This document shows positions 55,421 to 64,000 of a stretch of DNA of 64,000 nt, piece by piece. The notes beneath the pieces are model-generated. The model searched no databases. It had not been told where the DNA came from and saw nothing but the letters and a program-made list of their open reading frames with translations. This DNA is from Bacteroidia bacterium. GTDB taxonomy: Bacteria; Bacteroidota; Bacteroidia; NS11-12g; UBA9320. The translations under genes were made by a program, and so were the position numbers. The stretch lies in NCBI GenBank assembly GCA_029268695.1, contig JAQWNJ010000014.1, positions 751 through 64,750 on the forward strand, given 5' to 3'. Each line of letters begins with the position of its first letter. Position 1 is the first letter of the stretch.

Positions 55421-55788
55421 ATGAAAACTCATCAACAAATTCTAGGTCAAGAGGGGGAAGATATTTCAGTAAAATATTTGTTAATAAAGGGTATGTTATT
55501 CTCAAACGAAATTACAGAAATGGTCATGCTGAAATTGATATTATTGCTCAAATCGAGAAACAACTTGTAATTGTAGAAGTAAAGACAAGAAATACTTCTA
55601 AATATGGTAACCCAGAACAAAGCGTTTCCATAAAAAAACAACAGCTATTAGCACAAGCAACTGAGGCCTACTTATTAAAATACAATTTAGATTTAACAGT
55701 CAGGTATGATATTATTTCGATCATAAAAAACCAATACAAAACTGAAGTCACTCATCTTGAGGATGCGTTTTGGCCAGGGCTTTATTAA
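55421..55788 (+). pseudogene. yraN: YraN-family (UPF0102) endonuclease-like protein with a 1-nt frameshift at an A-run near 55486-55488
   Basis: The frame from ATG 55421 reads MKTHQQILGQEGEDISVKYLLIKG then goes out of frame. The -1 frame continues YVILKRNYRNGHAEIDIIAQIEKQLVIVEVKTRNTSKYGNPEQSVSIKKQQLLAQATEAYLL...DIISIIKNQ...LEDAFWPGLY until TAA at 55786-55788. The two halves together match the YraN consensus ..GE..A..YL...GY.IL.RN.R...GEID.IA...........VEVKTR. Confidence 0.65.
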
Positions 55789-55790
55789 AT

Positions 55791-57077
55791 TTAAAGCTTG
55801 ACTAGCTTCTTTCGAATGATTTGACTACTCCCTGAGGTCACAATTGCGGTGTAGATTCCTTTTGTAAGACTAGTTAAGTCTAATTGATGCCAATTATTGT
55901 TGGGGTTTATCTTTTCCAGAAACAGACACTTGCCATGGATATCTATAATCGATAAATGACCCTCCATGGGAAGTTGCATTTTCCATGTCAATAAATCTCT
56001 AACCGGGTTATTCATAATTAGATAGTTATCCTTTACAAAATTTGATGAATGAGCTGTTGTTCTATTAACCTTGAGTTGCAATGAAACGGGCAAATGGTCA
56101 CTCATTTTATATAGGGCGTCTAAAACATCCCCGGGTACTGAACTATTTGAGCCCGAATTTAGATTGGCATTGAAATGTCGTCCATCATTACCCAAAGCCT
56201 CATAACTCCCGATCACATAGCCATAGCCCCTTTCATTAGATATAATTTCTTGACCACACAATACAAAATCAAATCGATCGTCTAATCCACCTCCTGAATG
56301 ACAATTACTACTTACACGAGTACTTTGTGTGTGAATAGATGCAAAAGAACTATTATTATTCCATGAACCCGATTTTTTAATTGGGTCTTTAAAACGAATA
56401 GATGCATTTGGGTTGCCTACTAAATTTATAAACCCTTGCTCGTTACTAGTATAGGTATTAAAATCTCCAGAAATAATATAGCTATGGTTGGATTGATAAT
56501 TTATAGAATGGTAATCCATAATGGACTCCGTAGCTTGAGCTCTCTCCGAGACATTTGAAGAAGTATTCCCCGCTTTTAAGTGAGCTACATAAATAGTAAG
56601 ATAATTTGTGTCACCCAACTCCAATTCAGAATTATCTAGATAATAAAGTGTATACACATCAATTTGCCTCACCAATTGAGTCTTATTTAATGCCCTATCA
56701 ATTTTATCTTGTTTGACTAACATAAACTTGTTCTTGTTATAGTAAAGCATATTTGACAAACTTGAATTAGCAGAATAATTGGCTTGTTTATAAAAGTTTC
56801 TACCGTCTTGGTTTAATGCATTTGTAAGCAATCGATTTGCACCAGTGCCCCCATCTCCAACCATTTCATTCACTGTTATAATATCTGGCATTAAATATCC
56901 AACAATAGTTTTCATATAATCATCTTTGTTGGTTGGGCTATTATTGCTGGAAGTACAATAGTTTGTGATATTTCTATAATTCAATAAATTATAATGCATA
57001 AACTGAATCGTATCTGTAATGGTCTGACCCCAACAAAAACTTACGCTAAATATTAATAACAGTGTAATTTTTCTCAT
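55791..57077 (-). CDS. Secreted endonuclease/exonuclease/phosphatase (EEP)-family protein with a T9SS type-A CTD
   Basis: It has a signal peptide (MRKITLLLIFSVSFCWGQ), an EEP-like catalytic region (SDHLPV) and a C-terminal Por-secretion tail (...GHLSIIDIHGKCLF...GIYTAIVTSGS..IIRKKLVKL). Confidence 0.65.
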   Translation of the reverse strand: MRKITLLLIFSVSFCWGQTITDTIQFMHYNLLNYRNITNYCTSSNNSPTNKDDYMKTIVGYLMPDIITVNEMVGDGGTGANRLLTNALNQDGRNFYKQANYSANSSLSNMLYYNKNKFMLVKQDKIDRALNKTQLVRQIDVYTLYYLDNSELELGDTNYLTIYVAHLKAGNTSSNVSERAQATESIMDYHSINYQSNHSYIISGDFNTYTSNEQGFINLVGNPNASIRFKDPIKKSGSWNNNSSFASIHTQSTRVSSNCHSGGGLDDRFDFVLCGQEIISNERGYGYVIGSYEALGNDGRHFNANLNSGSNSSVPGDVLDALYKMSDHLPVSLQLKVNRTTAHSSNFVKDNYLIMNNPVRDLLTWKMQLPMEGHLSIIDIHGKCLFLEKINPNNNWHQLDLTSLTKGIYTAIVTSGSSQIIRKKLVKL

Positions 57078-57315
57078 TCAACTTCGAAGATATGTAATGA
57101 TAGTTGATATGTTAAATTTTATCATACCAATCCTAATAACAAATTAATTTAGACCCCCTATATTTAGTGAATAAATCACTAATAGCCAGTATTTTACGAT
57201 TAGTTCATTTGTTCTTGCTAAAAAGTTTTTTTACACAACTTTAAAAATACTTCATTTCATGCTTGACTTATTCCATTAATCGTAGACTTTTGCAGTGAAA
57301 GATTAACTAACAACC

Positions 57316-57660
57316 ATGGAAAATATATTAATTGTTTTAGCAATTCTAATTATTGGATCAGCACTTGGGGGGACCCAGCTACCCAAATTACCAGGAGCTA
57401 TTCTATCATTAGGTGCATTATTTCTTGCCTTATTTAATTCTCACGCTCGCGAAAATATGGCGAGTATTTTCTACTCAATCCCCATCATACTAGTTGTAGT
57501 TGGAGTAATGTCTTACCTGGCTGAAAAAAGATTAATGGCGGAAGGTGATAATTCGTCAACCATGACAAAACTACTTGGAGGTTCTATCTTTCAAGTTGTC
57601 TTCATCATGGTCTTGACAACATACTTCTTATCGACATTCTTCTTTCCTTATTTCAGCTAA
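57316..57660 (+). CDS. Small integral membrane protein (114 aa, 3-4 TM helices)
   Basis: Hydrophobicity pattern only. Confidence 0.45.
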   Translation: MENILIVLAILIIGSALGGTQLPKLPGAILSLGALFLALFNSHARENMASIFYSIPIILVVVGVMSYLAEKRLMAEGDNSSTMTKLLGGSIFQVVFIMVLTTYFLSTFFFPYFS

Positions 57661-57685
57661 TTTAGATTGCTTTAATTCCAAGTGA

Positions 57686-58219
57686 TTGGATTTAACGAAT
57701 AGAATTGACATGGAACTCACAATTGTAATAGTAGGCATTCTATTAATCTCTATTGGATTTGTTGGCAGCATTGTTCCGGGAATACCGGGTCCACCAATAG
57801 CTTATCTTTCGTTAATCATTCTTTTACTTATTGATAAACTCAGAGTCCAATTGTCTGAGAACAATTATTTTGTATTAGTAAGTCTTGGCATTGTAACGAT
57901 TTTAATTACTATAATTGATTTTTATTTACCTATTTGGGGTACCAAAAAATTTGGAGGCACTTCATCCGGAACTACAGGTAGCACTATAGGTTTAATCCTC
58001 GCAATTTTACTTACAATTTTCACCTCTGGTTTTGGTGTTTTTTTATTAGTATTAGGTCCATTTATTGGGGCTTATTTAGGTGAAAAAATCTCAGGAAATC
58101 CCAATGAAGTCGCTTTAAAATCTGCTTTGGGTTCTTTCATAGGATTTATAAGTGGTACATTTATGAAGCTAATCCTAGTCCTAGTTATCACAGTACACTT
58201 TGCGTCATTATTAATCTAA
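57686..58219 (+). CDS. DUF456-family membrane protein
   Basis: The 177-aa ORF is a multi-TM protein beginning ...GFVGSIVPGIPGPPIAYLSL... I recall this family pattern only weakly. Confidence 0.5.
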   Translation: MDLTNRIDMELTIVIVGILLISIGFVGSIVPGIPGPPIAYLSLIILLLIDKLRVQLSENNYFVLVSLGIVTILITIIDFYLPIWGTKKFGGTSSGTTGSTIGLILAILLTIFTSGFGVFLLVLGPFIGAYLGEKISGNPNEVALKSALGSFIGFISGTFMKLILVLVITVHFASLLI

Positions 58220-59404
58220 ATCAACCATATCTGCTATCGTCCTCCCAATACTCAAGGATGACGTAGCTGCAGGACTAGGTGCATTTATAACATGTATAGC
58301 TCTCTTTTCAGTTATGAGTTTAAAATCATCTAAAAGTCCTCCTTTTCTATCACATGCTTGTGCCCGAACACCTGCAGGAGACTCTACTAAATGCTCCTCT
58401 TTTATCTCAGGAATTAGTCTCTGAAGAGCCTTTGTGAAGGCTTTCTTACTAAAAGACCGATACATCTCACCAAGTCCTGTTTTCCAATATTTGAACATGA
58501 CCTTTTGAAATCCAGGCCATAATAAGCTAGCTAAAAACTCTTTAAAATCAAAGTCTGTTCGCTTATACCCCTCTTTTTTGAATGCAAAAACAGCATTGGG
58601 ACCAGCCTCTATACCTCCTGATATCATGCGAGTGAAATGAACACCCAAAAATGGGAATGCTGGGTCTGGAACAGGGTAAATTAAGTGTTTAACTAGATGC
58701 TCTGCCTCTGCTGTCAGTTCATAATACTCGCCACGAAATGGGATAATTTTTGTATCAACAGTTCCTAAGTGCATTGAAGCGACTTTATCAGAGTATAGCC
58801 CAGCACAATTAATTACCATGTCACATTCTACAAAACTTTTATTTGTGACTATTTGTACTTCGTTTTCATTCTCATCAATACTTCTAACAATTGTATTAAG
58901 GTGTATTTCGCCTCCCAAGGATTTAATCTTTTCAGCAAGCTTGATACATACTGCTCGATAATCAACAATTCCTGTTTGTGGTACACGAATACCTTGAATC
59001 CCAGCTAAATGAGGCTCGATTTCCTTTAATCGATTCTTATCCAGCAATTCTAACCCTTCCAAACCATTCTCTCTCCCTCGATCATACAAGTCTCTCAATC
59101 GACCAAGTTCAGATTGATCAGTGGCAACTACTACCTTCCCACACAAATCATAGGGAATGTTATTTTCATTGCAGAAATCGATGAGCATTTTATAGCCCTC
59201 GATACAATTTTTTGCCTTTAAACTACCTGGTTTATAGTATAACCCCGAATGAATAACACCACTATTATTACCCGTTTGATGAAACGCTAATTCTGATTCT
59301 TTCTCTAAAACAACTACCTTTTTACCATTATATTTTTGGATCAAATGATAAGCTGTCGATAGCCCTACAATTCCTCCTCCTACAATTGCAATATCTGCAC
59401 GCAT
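58211..59404 (-). CDS. lhgO: L-2-hydroxyglutarate oxidase / FAD-dependent oxidoreductase
   Basis: It has an N-terminal FAD-binding motif (ADIAIVGGGIVGLSTAYHL), is 397 aa long and shows similarity across the LhgO family. Confidence 0.8.
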   Translation of the reverse strand: MRADIAIVGGGIVGLSTAYHLIQKYNGKKVVVLEKESELAFHQTGNNSGVIHSGLYYKPGSLKAKNCIEGYKMLIDFCNENNIPYDLCGKVVVATDQSELGRLRDLYDRGRENGLEGLELLDKNRLKEIEPHLAGIQGIRVPQTGIVDYRAVCIKLAEKIKSLGGEIHLNTIVRSIDENENEVQIVTNKSFVECDMVINCAGLYSDKVASMHLGTVDTKIIPFRGEYYELTAEAEHLVKHLIYPVPDPAFPFLGVHFTRMISGGIEAGPNAVFAFKKEGYKRTDFDFKEFLASLLWPGFQKVMFKYWKTGLGEMYRSFSKKAFTKALQRLIPEIKEEHLVESPAGVRAQACDRKGGLLDDFKLITEKRAIHVINAPSPAATSSLSIGRTIADMVDLD

Positions 59405-59553
59405 ACATTTACAAATTAAATACTTAACAATTAACTAGCTATAGTAGTATGTGTAAATATCCCCATTCTATTTATATCAAATTTCTATCTTGAATAAATT
59501 TATGACTCAAAAACACAAACATTAACCAGTCATAATCAATTACCTTTGTAACG

Positions 59554-60573
59554 ATGCATAGAATAGAGGAAATTTTAAAAGAGCGAATCCTATTTTTGGA
59601 TGGAGCAATGGGAACCATGATTCAAAAACACAAGTTATCTGAATCAGAATACAGAGGGAGACGATTTAAAGATTATGAGCATCCATTAAAAGGTAACAAT
59701 GACCTTTTATCAATCACACAACCCCATATAATTTCGGATATCCATAATCAATTCCTAGAGGTTGGTGCTGATATCATTGAAACCAATACCTTTAATAGCA
59801 CAAAGGTTTCTATGGCAGATTATCATATGGAGGATTTAGTAGTTGAACTAAATATGGCATCTGCAAAATTAGCTAGAGCTTGTGCTGATAAATACACCAA
59901 AAAAAATCCAAATAAACCGCGATATGTAGCTGGTAGTATTGGTCCCACCAATAAAACAACCTCTCTTTCTCCTGATGTTAATAACCCTGGATTCAGAGCT
60001 ATCGATTTTGATGAATTGGTAATTGCCTATAAAGAGCAAGCCAAAGCTTTGGCAGAGGGTGGAGTCGATATATTTTTGATTGAAACTGTATTTGATACGC
60101 TCAATTGTAAAGCAGCAATTTATGCTATTTTAGAACTCAAGGAAGAAAAACAGCTAGATTTACCAATCATGATAAGTGGTACAATTACTGATGCCAGCGG
60201 AAGAACATTAAGCGGACAAACAGTAGAAGCATTTTGGTATAGCATAAGCCATTCCAATCCGCTTAGTGTTGGGTTGAATTGTGCGTTGGGTGCAGATCAA
60301 ATGCGTCCATTCATAAAGGAGCTCAGTGAAAAGGCTTGGTGTAGAGTCTCTGCTCATCCAAATGCTGGTTTACCCAATGAATTTGGTGAATATGACGAAA
60401 CTCCAGAAAGCATGAGTAAAGTTGTGGGGGAATTTGCATCAAGTGGATACCTAAACATCGTAGGAGGATGCTGCGGAACCACACCAGAACACCTGAAGGC
60501 AATTATTGACGTAGTGAGTCTTGAAAAACCCCGTGCAATCCCGGAGCTAAAAAGTGAATGGGTTAACGCTTGA
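59554..60573 (+). CDS. metH: Homocysteine S-methyltransferase domain protein (stand-alone N-terminal Hcy-binding module of cobalamin-dependent methionine synthase)
   Basis: The 339-aa ORF begins [24 protein letters not shown]. It has the zinc-ligand cysteines of the MetH Hcy domain (LNCALG; [10 protein letters not shown]). It stops after ...LKSEWVNA with no pterin- or B12-binding domains downstream. Confidence 0.8.
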   Translation: MHRIEEILKERILFLDGAMGTMIQKHKLSESEYRGRRFKDYEHPLKGNNDLLSITQPHIISDIHNQFLEVGADIIETNTFNSTKVSMADYHMEDLVVELNMASAKLARACADKYTKKNPNKPRYVAGSIGPTNKTTSLSPDVNNPGFRAIDFDELVIAYKEQAKALAEGGVDIFLIETVFDTLNCKAAIYAILELKEEKQLDLPIMISGTITDASGRTLSGQTVEAFWYSISHSNPLSVGLNCALGADQMRPFIKELSEKAWCRVSAHPNAGLPNEFGEYDETPESMSKVVGEFASSGYLNIVGGCCGTTPEHLKAIIDVVSLEKPRAIPELKSEWVNA

Positions 60574-60576
60574 AGG

Positions 60577-61446
60577 TTATCTAAGAATATCAAACATCTT
60601 TGATCCGATTCCTGCTGGGGAATCCACCACGTGAATTCCGCACTCTCTCATAATAGCTTTTTTAGCAGAAGCTGTGTCTTCATCGCCTCCTACAATAGCT
60701 CCAGCATGCCCCATTGTTCTTCCCGCAGGAGCCGTTTCACCGGCTATGAAACCTACTACTGGTTTAGTCCCAAATTCTTTTATGTAACGAGCTGCTTCAG
60801 CTTCCATACTACCCCCAATTTCACCAATCATAACAATTCCATCTGTCTCGGAATCGCTCATTAATAGTTCAATGGCATCTTTCATTGAAGTTCCTATGAT
60901 AGGATCTCCACCAATTCCTATTGCAGTTGTAACTCCCATACCTGCTTTGACCACTTGATCTACTGCCTCATATGTTAGTGTGCCAGACTTAGATACAATG
61001 CCTATGCTACCCTTTTTAAAGATAAATCCAGGCATAATACCCACTTTAGCCTCGTCTGCTGTTATGATTCCAGGACAATTAGGTCCGATCAATCTGCTAT
61101 TTGTGTTGGATAAATAAGCTTTTACTTTTACCATGTCAGCTACTGGGATACCCTCAGTAATACATACAATTACGCCAATACCAGCTTCTGCAGCTTCCAT
61201 GATAGCGTCTCCAGCAAATGGTGGTGGGACAAATATGATGCTAGTATCTGCTCCTGTTTGTTTCACAGCTTCTTCCACAGTATTAAAAACGGGCTTAGCT
61301 AGATGAGAAGTTCCTCCTTTCCCAGGAGTTACTCCTCCAACAACTTGAGTGCCATACTCAATCATCTGACCAGCATGAAAACTGCCTTCACTTCCTGTAA
61401 ACCCTTGAACAATTATCTTAGAATCTTTATTTACTAATACGGACAT
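60577..61446 (-). CDS. sucD: Succinate--CoA ligase (ADP-forming) subunit alpha
   Basis: The 289-aa ORF begins [33 protein letters not shown] and has CoA-binding and phosphohistidine loop motifs (GHAGAIV). Confidence 0.92.
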   Translation of the reverse strand: MSVLVNKDSKIIVQGFTGSEGSFHAGQMIEYGTQVVGGVTPGKGGTSHLAKPVFNTVEEAVKQTGADTSIIFVPPPFAGDAIMEAAEAGIGVIVCITEGIPVADMVKVKAYLSNTNSRLIGPNCPGIITADEAKVGIMPGFIFKKGSIGIVSKSGTLTYEAVDQVVKAGMGVTTAIGIGGDPIIGTSMKDAIELLMSDSETDGIVMIGEIGGSMEAEAARYIKEFGTKPVVGFIAGETAPAGRTMGHAGAIVGGDEDTASAKKAIMRECGIHVVDSPAGIGSKMFDILR

Positions 61447-61561
61447 AATTTTAAGTTGAGCAAAGGTATTTTTTTTGGTAATATCTAAAAGATAAAACTA
61501 CGTAATATCTATTTAAAAGCACTCACCAAAGGATCTATCTCTTGTATGTCAACGATGCCAA

Positions 61562-61592
61562 TTTGTACTATTTTTTAATTTACATAGCTTTG
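61562..61592 (+). promoter_or_regulatory. Candidate Bacteroidota promoter: TTTG (-33), 19 nt, TAGCTTTG (-7)
   Basis: Consensus elements with canonical spacing about 20 nt upstream of the 61613 ATG. Confidence 0.4.
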
Positions 61593-61612
61593 TAGTTCAA
61601 ATTTAAAATTCG

Positions 61613-62107
61613 ATGGCTAAGATTATCATAGACAACAGCTCTTACAGTATTCAAAAGACAAATGAAGCCACACTTATAGATCAAGTTGAAGTTGTATATG
61701 ATCTTCTTGAAACTGGTGACAATAATTACCATCTAATCTACAATAGACAATCCTTCAATATTGAGGTTTTAAATAAAAACACGCATTCAGGCAAACTAAC
61801 TTTAAAAATTAATGGTAGAGTAATCTCAACTCAACTTCAAAATAAACTTGCTGACCTTCTCAAAAAAATGGGAATGGATAACAACAAGAAAAAGCTGAAA
61901 GACCTCAAAGCACCCATGCCAGGACTTGTATTGGAAATTATGGTGAAAGAAGGTGAAGAAGTTACAGAAGGGCAGGAATTAATCGTTTTGGAAGCCATGA
62001 AGATGGAGAATGCAATTAAATCACCTCAAGATGGTAAAATCAAAAAAATAGCAATTAAAAATCAAGATAAAATTGATAAAAATCACACACTTTTATCATT
62101 TGAGTAA
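61613..62107 (+). CDS. Biotin/lipoyl-attachment (biotin carboxyl carrier protein-like) protein
   Basis: The 164-aa ORF has a C-terminal biotinyl domain with an EAMKM biotinylation motif. Confidence 0.8.
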   Translation: MAKIIIDNSSYSIQKTNEATLIDQVEVVYDLLETGDNNYHLIYNRQSFNIEVLNKNTHSGKLTLKINGRVISTQLQNKLADLLKKMGMDNNKKKLKDLKAPMPGLVLEIMVKEGEEVTEGQELIVLEAMKMENAIKSPQDGKIKKIAIKNQDKIDKNHTLLSFE

Positions 62108-62176
62108 ATTATTAATACAACCCGTATTCATTTAAACTCTTGACACTAAAATAAACCATTTGATTTAAATTAAAAC

Positions 62177-63214
62177 ATGAAAAAATTATTTGCATGTTCA
62201 TTACTTTTCGGACTCATTTTTAACGCATTTGGTCAAAATGATGCATTGGAATTAAAAAAACAAGAATTAGAAAAGGCTAGATCCTCACTAGTCAATGCAC
62301 AAAACAGAGTGAATTCCATTGAACAAGAAATTGCAAGACTTACACCTCCTGAGTACTGGAAAAAAGGAGGGTTTAGTGCACTTAACTTAAACTCATTAGG
62401 TTTGACTAATTGGGCTGCTGGAGGTGTTTCAGCTAATTCTGTAACTGCTATTGGGAATATTTACAGAAACTATAAAAAAGATAAAATCGAATGGAGAAAT
62501 AACTTGGATTTAGCATACGGATTAATCAAAAATGATGAAGAAACACTTCGAAAAAATGAAGACAAAATTGACTTTTTAACAAAAGTGAATTACAGCATAA
62601 CTGACAAATTAAGTTATTCAAGTCTGTTGAACTTCAAATCACAATTTGCACCAGGTTTTGATTTTTCTGATCCAACAATTGAAGATAAAGACAGAACTGA
62701 AATTTCTAAATTTTTAGCCCCTGGCTATCTCACTACCTCTATTGGGGTAAATTACAGTTTCACTAACTATTTTTCTCTATATTTATCACCTGCAACCGGG
62801 AAATTCACCTTTGTAAATGATGACTCTATAGCTGCACAAAACATCTACATTCCCGCTACAATGGATGAAAATGGAGTTCAATTTTATAATAATCAATACA
62901 GAGTTGAGTTTGGTGCTTTAATTAACATTCAATTTAAAAAAGATATTACCAAAAAAATTAACCTCACCTCTACTCTAAATCTTTTTAACAACTTCACTGA
63001 TGTAAATTCGGCTAACCGAAAAAATATTGATGTCAACTGGGAGACTATGATAAACATGAAACTCACTGAATATATTAGTTTTAGTTTCTATACCAATTTA
63101 ATTCATGATAATGACGTGGCTATTCCACTATATGATGGGAATACAATTGTTGGATCTGGCCCTCGCACACAATTTAAACGACTTCTCGGTATTGGATTTT
63201 CCTATAAATTTTGA
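62177..63214 (+). CDS. DUF3078-family outer-membrane beta-barrel protein
   Basis: It has a signal peptide, an N-terminal coiled-coil segment, and a beta-barrel body ending in F. Confidence 0.55.
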   Translation: MKKLFACSLLFGLIFNAFGQNDALELKKQELEKARSSLVNAQNRVNSIEQEIARLTPPEYWKKGGFSALNLNSLGLTNWAAGGVSANSVTAIGNIYRNYKKDKIEWRNNLDLAYGLIKNDEETLRKNEDKIDFLTKVNYSITDKLSYSSLLNFKSQFAPGFDFSDPTIEDKDRTEISKFLAPGYLTTSIGVNYSFTNYFSLYLSPATGKFTFVNDDSIAAQNIYIPATMDENGVQFYNNQYRVEFGALINIQFKKDITKKINLTSTLNLFNNFTDVNSANRKNIDVNWETMINMKLTEYISFSFYTNLIHDNDVAIPLYDGNTIVGSGPRTQFKRLLGIGFSYKF

Positions 63215-63268
63215 GCACGTTAGATTAGATCCTCAGATTTATCATTAAAGCCTTAATTTTGTATCAAT

Positions 63269-63634
63269 TTGAAGCAAGTTACTGCTATATTATTTTCTCT
63301 AATACTATTATTCCCTAGCATTGGATTCAGTATGGTCATTGATGCTTGTTGTGTTACCGATTTTGAAACGTGTTGTTCACAAGATTATAATCCCACATCC
63401 TGTCATGAAACGATCGATCAAGATAATTGTAATGATTTTGTCTTAATTGTGTTGCCCCCAAATCAAATTGATTTTACCCCCCAAAAAACATTAAACATAC
63501 CAATCAGTTTACCCATTATATTAAAAGTCAAACTACATGTTTTAACTAATCTATGCAATAGGTATAGAATAGTTTGTTCAAATTATATTGACATTAATAG
63601 TCACCCCAGTATTTTTCAGGTTTTTTTATGTTAG
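63269..63634 (+). CDS. Small Cys-rich secreted hypothetical protein (121 aa)
   Basis: Signal peptide followed by a CCVTDFETCCSQDYNPTSCHETIDQDNC cysteine cluster. Confidence 0.4.
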   Translation: MKQVTAILFSLILLFPSIGFSMVIDACCVTDFETCCSQDYNPTSCHETIDQDNCNDFVLIVLPPNQIDFTPQKTLNIPISLPIILKVKLHVLTNLCNRYRIVCSNYIDINSHPSIFQVFLC

Positions 63635-63685
63635 TTGATAGTTTTTTTAAACTTTTAATTCTAACAATAACCCAATAAAATATTC

Positions 63686-64000
63686 ATGAAAAACATAATA
63701 ATAATGTTCTTTATGCTGATTGGTATAAATTTATATGCTCAGCAAGAAGTTCAAAAAATAAAAGGAAATGTAATTTTCAACTCATCAAGAGGACAAGTGC
63801 CTTTAGTTGGAGCCTTTGTTCACTGGAGTGGGAATTCTTCTGGTGTTTTCACAAATAACAAAGGTCAATTTATAATTAAAAATAAAGATAATGATAGACT
63901 AGTTGCATCATTTTCTTCATATAAATCAGATACCATCCTCATCAATAAAATAGACTCTAATTATCTAATTATATTAGAGGAACAAAATGATTTAAAAACG
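63686..64000 (+). CDS. TonB-dependent receptor, N-terminal fragment (continues beyond window end)
   Basis: It reads MKNIIIMFFMLIGINLYAQQ then ...KGNVIFNSSRGQVPLVGAFVHWSGNSSGVFTNNKGQFIIKN, a carboxypeptidase-regulatory-like domain typical of Bacteroidota TonB-dependent receptors. No stop occurs before the window end. Confidence 0.6.
   Translation, partial: MKNIIIMFFMLIGINLYAQQEVQKIKGNVIFNSSRGQVPLVGAFVHWSGNSSGVFTNNKGQFIIKNKDNDRLVASFSSYKSDTILINKIDSNYLIILEEQNDLKT

Noticed and set aside
59405-59553. SAM or cobalamin riboswitch upstream of the MetH-domain gene
   Set aside because: The 149-bp region is AT-rich and lacks the conserved GC-rich cores of SAM-I/II or B12 elements. Only a TAccTTTG -7 promoter box is visible immediately before the ATG.

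Overview
This window looks like a Bacteroidota chromosome segment, probably from a Flavobacteriia-like organism. It is AT-rich (not measured; by eye roughly one third G+C). It has a SusC/SusD pair, several proteins carrying type IX secretion (T9SS) C-terminal sorting domains, the DUF4290-murA arrangement, and TAnnTTTG -7 promoter boxes. It is densely packed with housekeeping genes: murA, grpE-dnaJ, hutU, dapA, ligA, tsaD, a tamB-like gene, uvrC, pabB, murQ, rplM-rpsI-rpsB-tsf-pyrH, dcd, dnaG, sucD and a BCCP-like gene. Interspersed are secreted and outer-membrane proteins, including four T9SS cargo proteins and a PorQ-like protein. I found no rRNA, tRNA, CRISPR array, integrase, transposase or phage-like block. 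I cannot support any claim of a novel multi-gene defence or other system here. The most unusual thing I can actually see is a set of independent gene lesions. There is an in-frame TAA inside an otherwise perfectly conserved grpE. There is an in-frame TAG inside a T9SS cargo gene. There is a 1-nt frameshift at an A-run in yraN. There are degraded signal-peptide ORF fragments at 14.5 kb. Also of note are an orphan methionine-synthase homocysteine-binding-domain gene that abuts a convergent sucD with a 3-bp spacer, and a 13-bp palindrome sitting on the -33 region of the grpE-dnaJ promoter. Several convergent gene pairs abut or overlap with no room for terminators. All functional calls come from reading the translated ORFs against remembered family signatures. 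No database search was run.
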